Under the pieces are notes generated by a model. It was given only the letters and a program-made list of their open reading frames with translations. It did no database searches and was not told the origin of the DNA. A stretch of DNA of 64,000 nucleotides, from the NCBI GenBank assembly GCA_965203055.1, contig OZ241863.1:1472001-1536000 (forward strand). The letters are read 5' to 3'. Positions 8,430 through 18,494 of the stretch are shown piece by piece. Position 1 is the first letter of the stretch. Every line of letters starts with the position of its first letter. Made by a program: the position numbers and the translations under genes. The stretch is from Spirochaetia bacterium. Lineage in GTDB: Bacteria; Spirochaetota; Spirochaetia; SZUA-6; Bin103.

Positions 8430-10517
8430 TCATGGGATCGGCCGCAGCGTGGCGTGGGCCGCGCCGGCCCCCGCCGCGGGCAGCAGCCAGCGGTCGCAGC
8501 GGTCGTCGGCGACCACCTCCAGGCCGGCTGCCCGCCCGGCGTCGAACCGGCGCGCCGCGCTCACCCCGGCCGCTCCCGGCGCCGGGCACAGCACCGCCAC
8601 GAAGCGGGCGGCGCGCGCGGTGCGGGTGCGAATGAGCGCCTGCGACCGTTCGCTGGCGGGGTTGGACGGCGCTTCGCCCACGGTGATCACGGTCGCCGTC
8701 TCCTCCGGCAGCAGGAGGCGCAGGCCGCCGCCGCCGCGCAGCGACCATCGCGCCGTCACCGCGGCGCCCGCCGCCGGTCCCGAGCGGGTGACCGTGAGGT
8801 GCTCCCAACCGGGCGCGGCCGGCAGCGCGGCGCCCGGCGCGGGCGCCGGGCGCACGGCCGGCGGCTCCAGCAGCTCGCCCTGCAGGTACAGCAGCCAGTC
8901 GATGCGCTGCGGCGCCGGGCAGCGCACTTCGAAGCAGTCGACGAAGTAGGGCGCGCGCCACGCCACCACCCGCCGCATGCGCACGCCGTCGTAGGCGCCG
9001 GCCGCGGCGCCCGACCAGGAGACCGCGGCGTCGGCGATGGTCACCGCGCCGGCGTTCGGGGCCGCGGCGCGGGCGCCCGGGGGCGGGCCGAAGTGAAGCA
9101 GCCGGCCCGCCGCCGGCGGCTGCGCCTGTCCGGCCACCAGCACCGTGTTGTGGCTGGCGGTCTGCCGGTACCAGCCGCGGTGCAGCTCCAGGCCGTAGCC
9201 CTGCGAGCCGAGATCGAGCGCGGCCGGCGCGCCGCGCGCGTAGAGGAGGATGGCCAGCTTGTCGGGGTGGCCGTGGGAGCCGCCGTGCGGGCCGTACTTG
9301 AGCAGCAGCAGCGACTGCTCCGCCAGCGGGGCGTCGCTGCGCAGCACGGCGTAGCCGGACGCGGGCAGCAGGCCGGAGCGCGGCCGCGCCAGCGCGTCGT
9401 TGCCGGGCGCCACCTGCTCGGAGCCATACAGCATCGCCTCCACGCTGTCCCGACGGCGGCGCCGGTAGGCGGCGGTCAGCAGCGCCGAGAACGCCGGCCG
9501 CGGCCACCAGCCGGCGGCCATCTCGTACAGCGCCGCGGCCGGCGGGATGCCGTGGCACACCGCGCCGAACAGCGATGAGGAAGCCCAGCAGTCGTTGGTC
9601 GCCGGCAGCCGCCCGTCCGGCAGCACCAGAGTCAGGGGCGCCTCCAGCATGGCGCGCAGCCGCTCCGGCGCCGCCCAGCCGGGGTCCTGCGCGCGCAGGA
9701 ACGCGGCCGTGGTCAGCAGTGCCGCCGCGGTGTAGAAGTGGTAGCTGGAGGAGCCCTCCCACCACAGGCCGTCGCTGCGCACGCCGGCCGCGAGCTGGTG
9801 ATGGAAGCCGAACTCGCCGTGCAGCGCCTCGTCGCGGGCGGCGGCATTGCCGGTAAGGCTGGCGGCGGCCACCATCGCCGCGAGGTGCCAGCACTCGATG
9901 TTGTGCAGCCGGCGGAACCGCTGTTCGTCGAGGTGGGCGAGCGCCGGGGCCAGCAGGTCGGCTTCCACCAGCCGGCGGCAGGAGGCGTCCAGTCCCTCCG
10001 CCAGGAGGTCGTAGCAGCGCGCCAGTCGCACGATGAGCGTGGCCTCGTCCAGCGATTGCCAGGTGGCCTTGCCGCGCCCGGCGCCGAACTCGGTGCGGGC
10101 GGCGGTGGGCGGATGGCGCGGGTAGTGGCGCGCGTAGCCGGCCAGAATCGCCCGCCCGCGCTGCAGGCAGCGGCGGTCTCCGTCCAGCCGCCAGCGCAGC
10201 GCCAGCCGTACCGCCATGCGCCCCAGCAACAGGTTGGCGCCGAACCGCCAGGCGGCGTCATAGCGCTCGCCGCGCAGCCGGCGGCCGTCCACCGGGCAGC
10301 GGTGCTCGCGCGGCCGCCGCGCGTCGAACTGCAGCTCGACGGCGTGCGCCGGGCAGAAGTAGTCGTGATAGTAGCCGGCCGGCTGCGCGGGCGGCTCCAG
10401 ATCAAGGCCCAGAAACGCCTCCGTAGCGGCGCGCAGCCGCGCCCACGCGGGCGCGAAGGCGGGCGTGCGCAGGCGCGCCTGGGCGCGCTCCAGTTGCTGC
10501 CGGCTGAACAGTCTCAT
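8430..10517 (-). CDS. Heparinase II/III-family polysaccharide lyase
   Basis: HNIECW, DGLWWEGSSSYHFY, YGPHGGSHGHPDKL, WYRQTASHNTVLV. Confidence 0.85.
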   Translation of the reverse strand: MRLFSRQQLERAQARLRTPAFAPAWARLRAATEAFLGLDLEPPAQPAGYYHDYFCPAHAVELQFDARRPREHRCPVDGRRLRGERYDAAWRFGANLLLGRMAVRLALRWRLDGDRRCLQRGRAILAGYARHYPRHPPTAARTEFGAGRGKATWQSLDEATLIVRLARCYDLLAEGLDASCRRLVEADLLAPALAHLDEQRFRRLHNIECWHLAAMVAAASLTGNAAARDEALHGEFGFHHQLAAGVRSDGLWWEGSSSYHFYTAAALLTTAAFLRAQDPGWAAPERLRAMLEAPLTLVLPDGRLPATNDCWASSSLFGAVCHGIPPAAALYEMAAGWWPRPAFSALLTAAYRRRRRDSVEAMLYGSEQVAPGNDALARPRSGLLPASGYAVLRSDAPLAEQSLLLLKYGPHGGSHGHPDKLAILLYARGAPAALDLGSQGYGLELHRGWYRQTASHNTVLVAGQAQPPAAGRLLHFGPPPGARAAAPNAGAVTIADAAVSWSGAAAGAYDGVRMRRVVAWRAPYFVDCFEVRCPAPQRIDWLLYLQGELLEPPAVRPAPAPGAALPAAPGWEHLTVTRSGPAAGAAVTARWSLRGGGGLRLLLPEETATVITVGEAPSNPASERSQALIRTRTARAARFVAVLCPAPGAAGVSAARRFDAGRAAGLEVVADDRCDRWLLPAAGAGAAHATLRPIP

Positions 10518-10584
10518 CCGCGGCGGTGGCAGCGCCGGAGCGCGCCGGGGAAGGCAGCCAAGGTCCCAGCCATGCGCCCGCCGG

Positions 10585-11517
10585 TCAGCCGGCGGCGTGG
10601 AGCAGGGCGCTGATCTGGCCGCGCTCGAACCGGTAGGTGGTGTTGCAGTACATGCAGGTGGTTCGTACCGGCAGCGGACCGCGCTCCAGCAGGTCCTGCA
10701 ACTCGGCGCGCGGCAGGGCGCCGAGATGGCCCTGGAACCGCGCGGCGCTGCAGTGGCACATGAACACCACCCGGCGGCGCGCGATGATGACCGGCTCGTG
10801 CGCGCCGAAGGCGCGCTCCAACAAGGCGCTGGGCGCCTCGCCGGCGGCGAAGGCGGCGCCGATGGAAGGCAGTTGCCGCAGCAGCCGCTCCACGTCCCGC
10901 ACCTGCTCCGCGCGCGCCCCGGGCAGGGCTTGCAGAAACACGCCGCCGGCTCCGGTGAGCCCGCCCGCGGCGTCGAACGCCACGCTCAGATGCAAGGCGC
11001 TGGGCGTCTGCTCCGAGGCGGCGTAGTAGTAGGACAGATCCTGGGCCAGGCTCCCGTAACGCATCTCGACGACGCCGGCAAAGGGGCGCCCGCCGTCGCC
11101 GAGGTGCTTGGTCACGGCCAGCGTGCCGCGCCCGAACAGGTCCCGCAGCCTCGGTACGCCCCGCTCCGCGGCCACCGCGATCGGATCCTGCGCCAGGTAG
11201 CCGCGCACCTCCCCGAACGCGTTGCCGTCTACCGTGAGGCCCCCGATCGGCCCCGAACAATCGACCTTGATGGTCAGGCTTTCGGGCGACTTCAGGTTGA
11301 CGGTCATCAGGCCGGCGGCCACGTAGGCCTGGCCCAGGACCAGGGTCTCCAGCGGCCCGAGTCGATGGTTGGCGCGCATCTCGCCGACCAGCCGCGTGGC
11401 ATGCAGCACGGCGCCGCGGATGCCGCCGTAGTCCAACAGGAACTGGTAGAGCTGGTCGCGCCGGCTGGCACGCAGCCGCGCCTCCAGGGTGTCGCCCGGA
11501 AGGGCGCGCTTCTCCAT
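10585..11517 (-). CDS. hslO: Hsp33 redox-regulated chaperone
   Basis: YYAASEQTPS, AGGVFLQALPG, C-terminal CHCS...CMYC zinc motif. Confidence 0.92.
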   Translation of the reverse strand: MEKRALPGDTLEARLRASRRDQLYQFLLDYGGIRGAVLHATRLVGEMRANHRLGPLETLVLGQAYVAAGLMTVNLKSPESLTIKVDCSGPIGGLTVDGNAFGEVRGYLAQDPIAVAAERGVPRLRDLFGRGTLAVTKHLGDGGRPFAGVVEMRYGSLAQDLSYYYAASEQTPSALHLSVAFDAAGGLTGAGGVFLQALPGARAEQVRDVERLLRQLPSIGAAFAAGEAPSALLERAFGAHEPVIIARRRVVFMCHCSAARFQGHLGALPRAELQDLLERGPLPVRTTCMYCNTTYRFERGQISALLHAAG

Positions 11518-11523
11518 GCCGGG

Positions 11524-12144
11524 TCAGTCGCCGTGGCGGGCGCGCAGCGGCGGCGACAGGCGCAGCATCCACTGCATGCGCTCCAGGTGGTCGAGCCACT
11601 GCTCCACCTCGGCGGCGACCTCGGCCGCGGGCGGCGGCACCAGGCCCACGTCGCAGGCCGCCCCCAGTTCCCGCTGCGCCTTGCGGCGGTAGGTCACCAG
11701 CATGCGGTCGCCGGTGCGCCCCACTTCGAAGAAGTCCTCCGACAGGCACACCGTCACCGGTACCCGCAGCGCTCCGAGAATGCGCAATTCGTCGGCCAGC
11801 TCGCTGGCGTCGACGCGCTCGGCGAACCGCAGGTCGACTACCTGCGCGCCGGCCGCGGCGTTGGCCGCCGCCGCCAGGTGATGGAGAATCGGCCCCTGGC
11901 GCACGCAGTCGCCGCACCAGATGCCGCTGTAGCACAACAGGTTCATGCGCCGGGTGAACTGGCCGAGGCGCTGCTGCTGCGCGGGGCCGACCGGCGCCTG
12001 CTGCCGCTCCATGGTCTGCCAGCGCTTGCGGTGCTGTTCGGGGCCGGCGGCGAGGTACTCGGCGTAGGGCAGGGCCTGGGCGAAGGCGTCGCGCCAGAAG
12101 CTCTGCCGCTTGTCGCGGTACGCGGGCTCAGTGGAAGTTCCCAT
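11524..12144 (-). CDS. Thioredoxin-family protein
   Basis: WCGDC active-site motif and RVP cis-Pro motif; start approximate. Confidence 0.8.
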   Translation of the reverse strand: MGTSTEPAYRDKRQSFWRDAFAQALPYAEYLAAGPEQHRKRWQTMERQQAPVGPAQQQRLGQFTRRMNLLCYSGIWCGDCVRQGPILHHLAAAANAAAGAQVVDLRFAERVDASELADELRILGALRVPVTVCLSEDFFEVGRTGDRMLVTYRRKAQRELGAACDVGLVPPPAAEVAAEVEQWLDHLERMQWMLRLSPPLRARHGD

Positions 12145-12406
12145 GGCCGCCATCATAGCGACTGCCGCGGTCACGGTCATGGCCGCGCCCGCCGGCGCCG
12201 GCAAGCGCAGCCAAGGGGCAGCCGCGGCGCGATTCGGCGCGCCGGCGCCGGGCAGGAGGGCGGAATCGCGGTGTGGCTACGGGTAGCCACGTCGATCCGG
12301 GGCGTGGCCGCGCGCTGTTCCGCCGACCGCCCGAGCGCCGGCGCCGTTGGCGCCGTCGATGCGGGACTGCGGCGCGGCCCGTGATCTGCTATGGTGAGCC
12401 TTAGCA

Positions 12407-14188
12407 ATGGACGCATCCGACCTGGCATCGCTTGATCCGACCACCATGGCCGACTGGCAGCTCAGCGCCGCCGCGGAACCGCACATGAAGCGGGTGCGGC
12501 AACTGGGCGCCGAGCTGGCGCTGCACGCCGACGAGGTGCTGCCCTACGGCCACTACCTCGGCAAGCTGGACTACGCGCGCATCCTGGAACGGTTGGCGGC
12601 GCAGCCGAACGGCAAGTACGTCAACGTGACCGCGATCACCCCCACGCCCCTGGGCGAGGGCAAGACCACCACCACGATGGGCTTGGTGGAGGGCTTGGCG
12701 GCGATCGGCAAGCGGGTGATCGGCGCCATTCGCCAGCCCTCCGGCGGACCCACCTTCAACATCAAGGGCTCCGCGGCCGGCGGCGGCTTGGCGCAGTGCA
12801 TCCCGCTGAGCGACCTCAGCCTGGGGCTGACCGGCGACATCGACGCCATCACCAATGCCCACAATCTGGCGATGGTGGCGCTCACCAGCCGCCTGCAGCA
12901 TGAGGCCAACTACGGCGACCGGACCCTGGCGCGGAAGAAGCTGCGCCGCCTCGACATCGACCCGCGCAACGTCGCGGCCGGGTGGGCCATCGACTTCAGC
13001 GCCCAGGCGCTGCGCGAAATCATCATCGGCCTGGGCGGCCGGATGGACGGCCTGATGATGCAAAGCGGCTTCCAGATATCGGTGTCGTCGGAGGTGATGG
13101 CGATTCTGGCGGTGGCTACCGACCTGGCGGATCTGCGCGCGCGCCTGGGGCGCATGGTGCTGGCCTACGCCAAGGACGGCAGCCCGGTCACCACCGCCGA
13201 CCTGGAGGTGGACGGCGCCATGGCCGCGCTCCTGGCCAAGGCGATCAACCCCAACCTGATGCAGACCATCGAGGGGCAGCCGGTACTGGTGCACGCCGGT
13301 CCGTTCGCCAACATCGCCATCGGTCAATCATCCATCATTGCCGACCGGGTAGGGCTCAAGCTGGCCGACTATCACGTTACCGAGAGCGGCTTCGGCGCCG
13401 ACATCGGCTTCGAGAAGTTCTGGAACCTGAAGTGCCGCATGAGCGGGCTGACGCCCCACTGCTCGGTGGTGGTGTGCACCATCCGCGCCTTGAAGATGCA
13501 CGGCGGCGGCCCGCGCGTGGCGCCGGGACGCGCGTTGGACCGGGCCTACACCGAGCCGGACACGGCGCTGGTGGAGCGCGGCGTGGAGAATCTGCTGGCG
13601 CATCTGGATACGGTGCGGCAAAGCGGGGTGGCGCCGGTGGTGTGCATCAATCACTTTCACACCGACAGCGACGAGGAGGCGGCGGTGATCCGCGACGCGG
13701 TGGCCGGCAGCGGGGCGCCGTGCGTGGTGAGCCGCCACTGGCGCCGCGGCGGGGCCGGCGCGCGCGAGTTGGCCGAAGCGGTGGTGGACGCCTGCGAGCG
13801 GCCGGCGCAGTTCCGCTTCCTGTACGAGGACGCGACGCCGCAGCGCGAGCGGATCGAACGCATCACCACCGCGGTGTACGGCGGCGCCGGCGTGAGCTAC
13901 CAGCCGCAGGCGCTGGCCAAGCTGCGGGAGGTGGAGCAGGACCCGGAGCTGGCGGCGCTGGGCACCTGCATGGTCAAGACGCAGCTCAGCCTGAGCCACG
14001 ATCCGGCGTTGAAGGGCCGGCCCCGGGGTTGGACGCTGCCGATTCGCGATCTGCTGCTCTACCGCGGGGCGGGGTTGGCGGTGCCGGTGGCCGGCGACAT
14101 CAAGCTGCTGCCGGGCACCGCCTCCGATCCCGCCTTCCGCCGCATCGACGTAGACACCCGCAGCGGCCGCGTCCGGGGCCTGCATTAG
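12407..14188 (+). CDS. fhs: Formate--tetrahydrofolate ligase
   Basis: [43 protein letters not shown]. Confidence 0.96.
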   Translation: MDASDLASLDPTTMADWQLSAAAEPHMKRVRQLGAELALHADEVLPYGHYLGKLDYARILERLAAQPNGKYVNVTAITPTPLGEGKTTTTMGLVEGLAAIGKRVIGAIRQPSGGPTFNIKGSAAGGGLAQCIPLSDLSLGLTGDIDAITNAHNLAMVALTSRLQHEANYGDRTLARKKLRRLDIDPRNVAAGWAIDFSAQALREIIIGLGGRMDGLMMQSGFQISVSSEVMAILAVATDLADLRARLGRMVLAYAKDGSPVTTADLEVDGAMAALLAKAINPNLMQTIEGQPVLVHAGPFANIAIGQSSIIADRVGLKLADYHVTESGFGADIGFEKFWNLKCRMSGLTPHCSVVVCTIRALKMHGGGPRVAPGRALDRAYTEPDTALVERGVENLLAHLDTVRQSGVAPVVCINHFHTDSDEEAAVIRDAVAGSGAPCVVSRHWRRGGAGARELAEAVVDACERPAQFRFLYEDATPQRERIERITTAVYGGAGVSYQPQALAKLREVEQDPELAALGTCMVKTQLSLSHDPALKGRPRGWTLPIRDLLLYRGAGLAVPVAGDIKLLPGTASDPAFRRIDVDTRSGRVRGLH

Positions 14189-14207
14189 GAAGCACAGGTC
14201 AGGGAGG

Positions 14208-15308
14208 ATGATTATGAACAAGGATCTGACCAGGCGCGCCGCGGCTGCGGCGCTGGCCGGCGAGTTGGACGCGGTGCGCGCGGCCGTGACCGAGGATGCC
14301 GCGGTCGCCCGGCATTGGTCGCTGCTGATGAACGCCTGCTTCGGCGGCCGGCCCGAGGTGGCCGCGTTTCTGATCGCCGAGGGAGCGGACGTCAACGTGC
14401 TGGCCCCCACCGCGCATCGCTATCGGCCGCTGCACCGGGCGGTGGAGCACAAGCGCACCATGCCCAAGACGCCGGGCCACTTCGCCAGCGTGCGGCTGCT
14501 GCTGGAGCACGGCGCGGATCCGCTGCTGCGCGGGAGCTGGCATCTGCACAGCGCCATCGCGGTGGCGGCGTTCGGCTGCACCGAGTTCCTGCCGCTGCTG
14601 CTGGAACATGCGCCCCCGGAGCCGGACCTGTACACCGCCGCGGTGCTGGCCCGGCACCGCGACATCGCCGCCCTCCTGGCCGAGTCCCGCGCCGCCGCCA
14701 CGCGGGCCGACGCCGACTCCCGCGACGGGACCTGGCTGCCGCTGCAGTACTGCGCCCGTTCGGCGGCCGGCAGCGAGCAGGACCGGGTGACCAGCGCGGC
14801 GCTGCTGCTGGACCACGGCGCCGACCCCTCGTCCGCGCTGGACTACGCCTGCTGGTCGAGCAACGCCGCGATCGTGGAGTTGCTGCTGCAGCGCGGCGCC
14901 CGCCTGGGCGATGACGACACCGTGAACCATCTGGCCTGCGACGGCCAGGTTGGCGTGCTGGAGATGCTGATGCGCCACGCCGCCGTCGACCTGAACGGCA
15001 CCCGCGGCACCGAGCACCACGGCGGCTACAACCCGCTCGGCTGCGCCGTCAACATGCGCAGCCTCAAGGGGGTCACCTGGTTCCTGGACCACGGCTGCGA
15101 TCCCAATGAGGTGCAGAGCAAGAGCGGCGAGACCGCGCTCCACGTGGCGGTGAATTCAGGCGCCGGCGTGCCCCTGGTGCGCCTGCTGGTGGAGCGCGGC
15201 GTCAACGTGGACCAGCGCGACGCCGCGGGCCACACCGCCTTCGACCTGGCCCGCGCCAAACGCAAGACCAAGCTGGCAGATTTCCTGGCATCGCCAACGC
15301 AGTCTTGA
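14208..15308 (+). CDS. Ankyrin-repeat protein
   Basis: Repeated PLH/TALH...LL..GADV/GADP ankyrin motifs; GGGAGG RBS. Confidence 0.88.
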   Translation: MIMNKDLTRRAAAAALAGELDAVRAAVTEDAAVARHWSLLMNACFGGRPEVAAFLIAEGADVNVLAPTAHRYRPLHRAVEHKRTMPKTPGHFASVRLLLEHGADPLLRGSWHLHSAIAVAAFGCTEFLPLLLEHAPPEPDLYTAAVLARHRDIAALLAESRAAATRADADSRDGTWLPLQYCARSAAGSEQDRVTSAALLLDHGADPSSALDYACWSSNAAIVELLLQRGARLGDDDTVNHLACDGQVGVLEMLMRHAAVDLNGTRGTEHHGGYNPLGCAVNMRSLKGVTWFLDHGCDPNEVQSKSGETALHVAVNSGAGVPLVRLLVERGVNVDQRDAAGHTAFDLARAKRKTKLADFLASPTQS

Positions 15309-15316
15309 CCGCTATC

Positions 15317-15345
15317 TTGGCAGATTTACGATCAGATCGTATATT
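15317..15345 (+). promoter_or_regulatory. Sigma70-type promoter TTGGCA-N17-TATATT with a 15-bp palindrome (15327-15341) in the spacer
   Basis: Direct reading; GTG start lies 6 nt after the -10 box. Confidence 0.6.
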
Positions 15346-15351
15346 TGACAC

Positions 15352-16551
15352 GTGTTCAGGAGATTCCTCGGGGCGTACCTGGCGCGGGACGCCGGGTACT
15401 ATCCGGTCGTCACCCTGACCGGGCCGCGCCAGTCGGGCAAGACCACCCTGGCGCGCGCCACCTTTCCCGACTACGACTACGTGACGCTGGAAGATACCTC
15501 GTCGCGCCGCTTCGCCGCGGAGGACCCGCGCGGCTTCCTGGACCACTACCGCCCGCCGGTCATCATCGACGAGGTCCAGCGCGCGCCGGACCTGCTCTCC
15601 GCCGTGCAGGTCGCGGTAGACCGCGCCGACCGCCCCGGCAGCTACGTGCTGACCGGTTCGCACAATCTCCTGCTGATGCGCGACGTTTCGCAGTCGCTGG
15701 CGGGGCGCACCGCGATACTCCACCTGCTGCCGCTGTCGCGGGCGGAACTGGAATCCCAGCAACAGAACGCGCCGGGAACCGGTCCGCTGCCGGAATCGCT
15801 GTTCGCCAACCGGGCCACGCGCCTCGACCTGTGGCGCACCCTGCTCACCGGCTTCTATCCCCGCATTCATGATCGGGCCATTCCGCCGGAGGTGTGGCTG
15901 CCGGACTACGTGCAGACCTGGCTGGCGCGGGACGTCCGCATGCTGGTGAACGTCGGCGACCTGGAGACGTTCGAACGCTTCCTGATGCTGATGGCGGGAC
16001 GGGTCGGACAGATCCTCAACTACGCCTCCCTCGCCAACGATTGCGGCATCGCCGTCGACACCGCCCGGCGCTGGACCTCGGTGCTGGCCGCCAGCTTCGT
16101 GATCGCGCTGCTGCGGCCCTATCACCGCAACTTCAACAAGCGTCTGGTGAAGAGCCCCAAGGTGTACTTTCTCGACACCGGCCTTGCCTGCCATCTCACC
16201 GGCATTCGCGATCACCGGCAGCTTGCCACGCATCACGCGCGCGGCGCGCTGTTCGAGAACTACGTCATCGCCGAAGTGGTGAAGGCGTACCGCCATCACC
16301 GGCTGCAGCCGCCGCTGTACTTCTGGCGCGACCGCAGCGGCCACGAGATCGATCTGGTGATCGAACAGGACGGAACGCCCTGTCCGGTGGAAATCAAGTC
16401 GGGCCGGACGGTGGCGTCAGCAATGGGCGACGGGCTGCGGTGGTGGTGCCGGACCGCCGGCGCGCCGGCGGAACGCGGGGCGCTGCTGTACGCGGGCGGC
16501 GACCGCTATCTGCGGGCCGGCCTCAACGTCTACCCCTGGTTCTCCATCTGA
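15352..16551 (+). CDS. AAA_14 ATPase with DUF4143 domain
   Basis: GPRQSGKTT, IIDEVQR, LTGS, KSPKVYFLDTGL, FENYV, FWRDRSGHEIDL...EIKS. Confidence 0.92.
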   Translation: MFRRFLGAYLARDAGYYPVVTLTGPRQSGKTTLARATFPDYDYVTLEDTSSRRFAAEDPRGFLDHYRPPVIIDEVQRAPDLLSAVQVAVDRADRPGSYVLTGSHNLLLMRDVSQSLAGRTAILHLLPLSRAELESQQQNAPGTGPLPESLFANRATRLDLWRTLLTGFYPRIHDRAIPPEVWLPDYVQTWLARDVRMLVNVGDLETFERFLMLMAGRVGQILNYASLANDCGIAVDTARRWTSVLAASFVIALLRPYHRNFNKRLVKSPKVYFLDTGLACHLTGIRDHRQLATHHARGALFENYVIAEVVKAYRHHRLQPPLYFWRDRSGHEIDLVIEQDGTPCPVEIKSGRTVASAMGDGLRWWCRTAGAPAERGALLYAGGDRYLRAGLNVYPWFSI

Positions 16552-16628
16552 CCGAGCGCCACCTTCGGCGATGCCGCCGGCACCGGTTACGGCCTCAGAA
16601 CGTTACAAGACCGAGTCGAGCACGGTCG

Positions 16629-17234
16629 TCACCCTCGCTGGACCGCGTCAGTCGGGCAAGGCGGGCACTCTTCGCGGGCTGCCTGGGCTAGTTGGAGCAG
16701 AGTGTCCCCCTTGATGTTGAGGAGATTGCTGAGTTCCAGGACGCGGCCGCGGGAAATCTCTTCACGGCGATATGCCTTGATGGCAAGGCGAGCGATCTCG
16801 CTGCGAAGTTTACGATCCCAATGCTGGAGCTGATCTGGTTCGCGGACATCGCTGCTCATCGCATGGAGGTATTCCGGCGGGCCGGAGCGGGGCTCGGCTC
16901 CGAGCAGACGCTTCAGCGTCACGTGCTCACGGCACAGACTTACCCATCGCGCCGCTCGATCCGGCTCCCGCGCCAGTCCAGGGGCCTCGCGATACAGAGA
17001 CTCCAACACGTCATCATCCTCATCGCGCGCGCCTTCCTGCAGAAAGTCAGCCACCGGCCGGAGGTAGAGTTCCGAGAGGCCGGTCAGCTCCAGTGACGAC
17101 ACTGCGCGGCTGCCCGCCTCGATGCCGGTGACCGCCGTCCGCGGCACACCCAGCGCATCGGCCACTGTCTGCTGACTCAGGCCCCTCGCCTCGCGCGCCG
17201 ACCGCAGCCTGCTCCCAAGTTCACGGGCCTCCAT
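16629..17234 (-). CDS. XRE-family HTH regulator, apparently an XRE-ImmA/IrrE protein lacking the peptidase domain
   Basis: N-terminal HTH_3 (RLRSAREARGLSQQTVA...) and C-terminal AYRREEISRGRVLEL tail; no HExxH motif. Confidence 0.75.
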   Translation of the reverse strand: MEARELGSRLRSAREARGLSQQTVADALGVPRTAVTGIEAGSRAVSSLELTGLSELYLRPVADFLQEGARDEDDDVLESLYREAPGLAREPDRAARWVSLCREHVTLKRLLGAEPRSGPPEYLHAMSSDVREPDQLQHWDRKLRSEIARLAIKAYRREEISRGRVLELSNLLNIKGDTLLQLAQAAREECPPCPTDAVQRG

Positions 17235-17276
17235 CGTCCGTCGTTCCAGACTACCGTAACGTGTTCCGGGCGTATC

Positions 17277-17663
17277 TCAGCCGGCGTGGCCGGCGCCATT
17301 GCCGTCGAGCTGCTGCTTGAGGCGCCAGAAGGCCGCCTCGTCGATGCCGGTGGCCGCCTCGATGGTGGACCACGGTACCTCGCGTCCCAAGAGTCCCTGG
17401 ATAGTTTGCAACTGTCCCCTCAGCTCACCTTCCCGGATGCCTTCCTGGCGGCCTTCCCGGATGCCTTCCTGGCGGCCTTCCCGAATGCCTTCCCGAATGC
17501 CTTCCCGGATGCCTTCCTGGCGGCCTTCCTGGCGGCCTTCCTGGCGGCCTTCCTGGCGGCCTTCCTGGCGGCCTTCCTGGCGGCCTTCCTGGCGGCCTTC
17601 CCGGATGCCTTCCCGGCGGGCTTCCCGACGCCCCTCATCGATCATCCGATGCACGTAGGTCAT
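17277..17663 (-). CDS. Putative internally initiated small Rpn (intragenic antitoxin), 128 aa
   Basis: In-frame ATG (MTYVHRM...) preceded by AAGGAGGAGAG inside the rpn ORF. Confidence 0.6.
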   Translation of the reverse strand: MTYVHRMIDEGRREARREGIREGRQEGRQEGRQEGRQEGRQEGRQEGRQEGIREGIREGIREGRQEGIREGRQEGIREGELRGQLQTIQGLLGREVPWSTIEAATGIDEAAFWRLKQQLDGNGAGHAG

Positions 17664-18455
17664 TATCTCTCCTCCTTGGCCCGACACGGTCCGCCGCAGC
17701 GCGTCCGCGAACGCCTGCTGCTGCTCGTTCGACTTCAGCGCCAGCAGCACGTACTCCACGTGCAGCGCCACCCCTTCGATCCCTGTGTCCTGATGCAGCA
17801 TCTCCACCAACTGTACCAATTGGTTGAGCAACTCCTCCCGGCCCGCGCGGCGGTACTCGGTCATCAACGCGAGCTGCGCCAGCCGCGCGCCCAGCGTTCC
17901 CTCCACCGACTCCGGGCTCTGCTCGGTCTGGTCGATCAGCAGGTGCTCGAACTGCGGCACCCAACCCGGGTCGGACTCCGCGCCGGCAACCAACTCGGCG
18001 AACTGCCGCGAGAATCTCCATGGTTCCGCTCCCTGATAGAATACCACCGGCACGATGAGCGGCAACTGCGGCTCCTGCTCGTGCTCGCGGTGCCACTGCA
18101 TCCAGGCCATCAGGCAGTAATGCAGCAACCGCAGCCGCATCCAGCGGTCGGGCGTGGACTGATGTTCGAGCAGCACCAGGACGAGCACCGGAGGGCCGGA
18201 GAGCTCGCGCTCGACGGAGAACAGCAGATCGGCCTCGCGGCCGCGCCAGTCGTCACCGACGAAGCGGCTGGGCCGGTGGGTGAGGGTGGACCACCGTAGC
18301 GTGCGGGCGAGTTCCTGGGGGAGGTAGGAGCGCAACAGGCCGGCGGCGTTCTCGAGATCGGAGAACACGCGGTAGAAGTATTTGTCGTGACGCTGGCTGA
18401 CCGGCGGCTGCGGCTCGGGGGGCTGCGGCTGGTCTGCGGCGTGATCGTCGGCCAT
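17277..18455 (-). CDS. Rpn family recombination-promoting nuclease / putative transposase (YhgA-like)
   Basis: [43 protein letters not shown]-terminal EGRQ/EGIR repeats. Confidence 0.92.
   Translation of the reverse strand: MADDHAADQPQPPEPQPPVSQRHDKYFYRVFSDLENAAGLLRSYLPQELARTLRWSTLTHRPSRFVGDDWRGREADLLFSVERELSGPPVLVLVLLEHQSTPDRWMRLRLLHYCLMAWMQWHREHEQEPQLPLIVPVVFYQGAEPWRFSRQFAELVAGAESDPGWVPQFEHLLIDQTEQSPESVEGTLGARLAQLALMTEYRRAGREELLNQLVQLVEMLHQDTGIEGVALHVEYVLLALKSNEQQQAFADALRRTVSGQGGEIMTYVHRMIDEGRREARREGIREGRQEGRQEGRQEGRQEGRQEGRQEGRQEGIREGIREGIREGRQEGIREGRQEGIREGELRGQLQTIQGLLGREVPWSTIEAATGIDEAAFWRLKQQLDGNGAGHAG
17421..17636 (-). repeat. Coding 12-bp tandem repeat (about 17 units; EGRQ/EGIR)
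   Basis: GCCTTCCTGGCG / GCCTTCCCGGAT units on + strand. Confidence 0.95.
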
Positions 18456-18494
18456 GCGACCCAGCCTTGACCGTAGCCCCCCGACCCTCCGTCG

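Noticed and set aside
16600..17263. 7-bp inverted repeat (ACGTTAC/GTAACGT) flanking the XRE gene as mobile-element ends
   Set aside because: Too short to exceed chance; no target duplication or transposase.
17421..17636. CRISPR array (also the 18-bp repeats at 39347-39472)
   Set aside because: Head-to-tail coding repeats without spacers; no cas genes.
17277..18455. Rpn as an IS element
   Set aside because: No terminal inverted repeats or target duplication seen; the family is a PD-(D/E)xK nuclease rather than a proven transposase.
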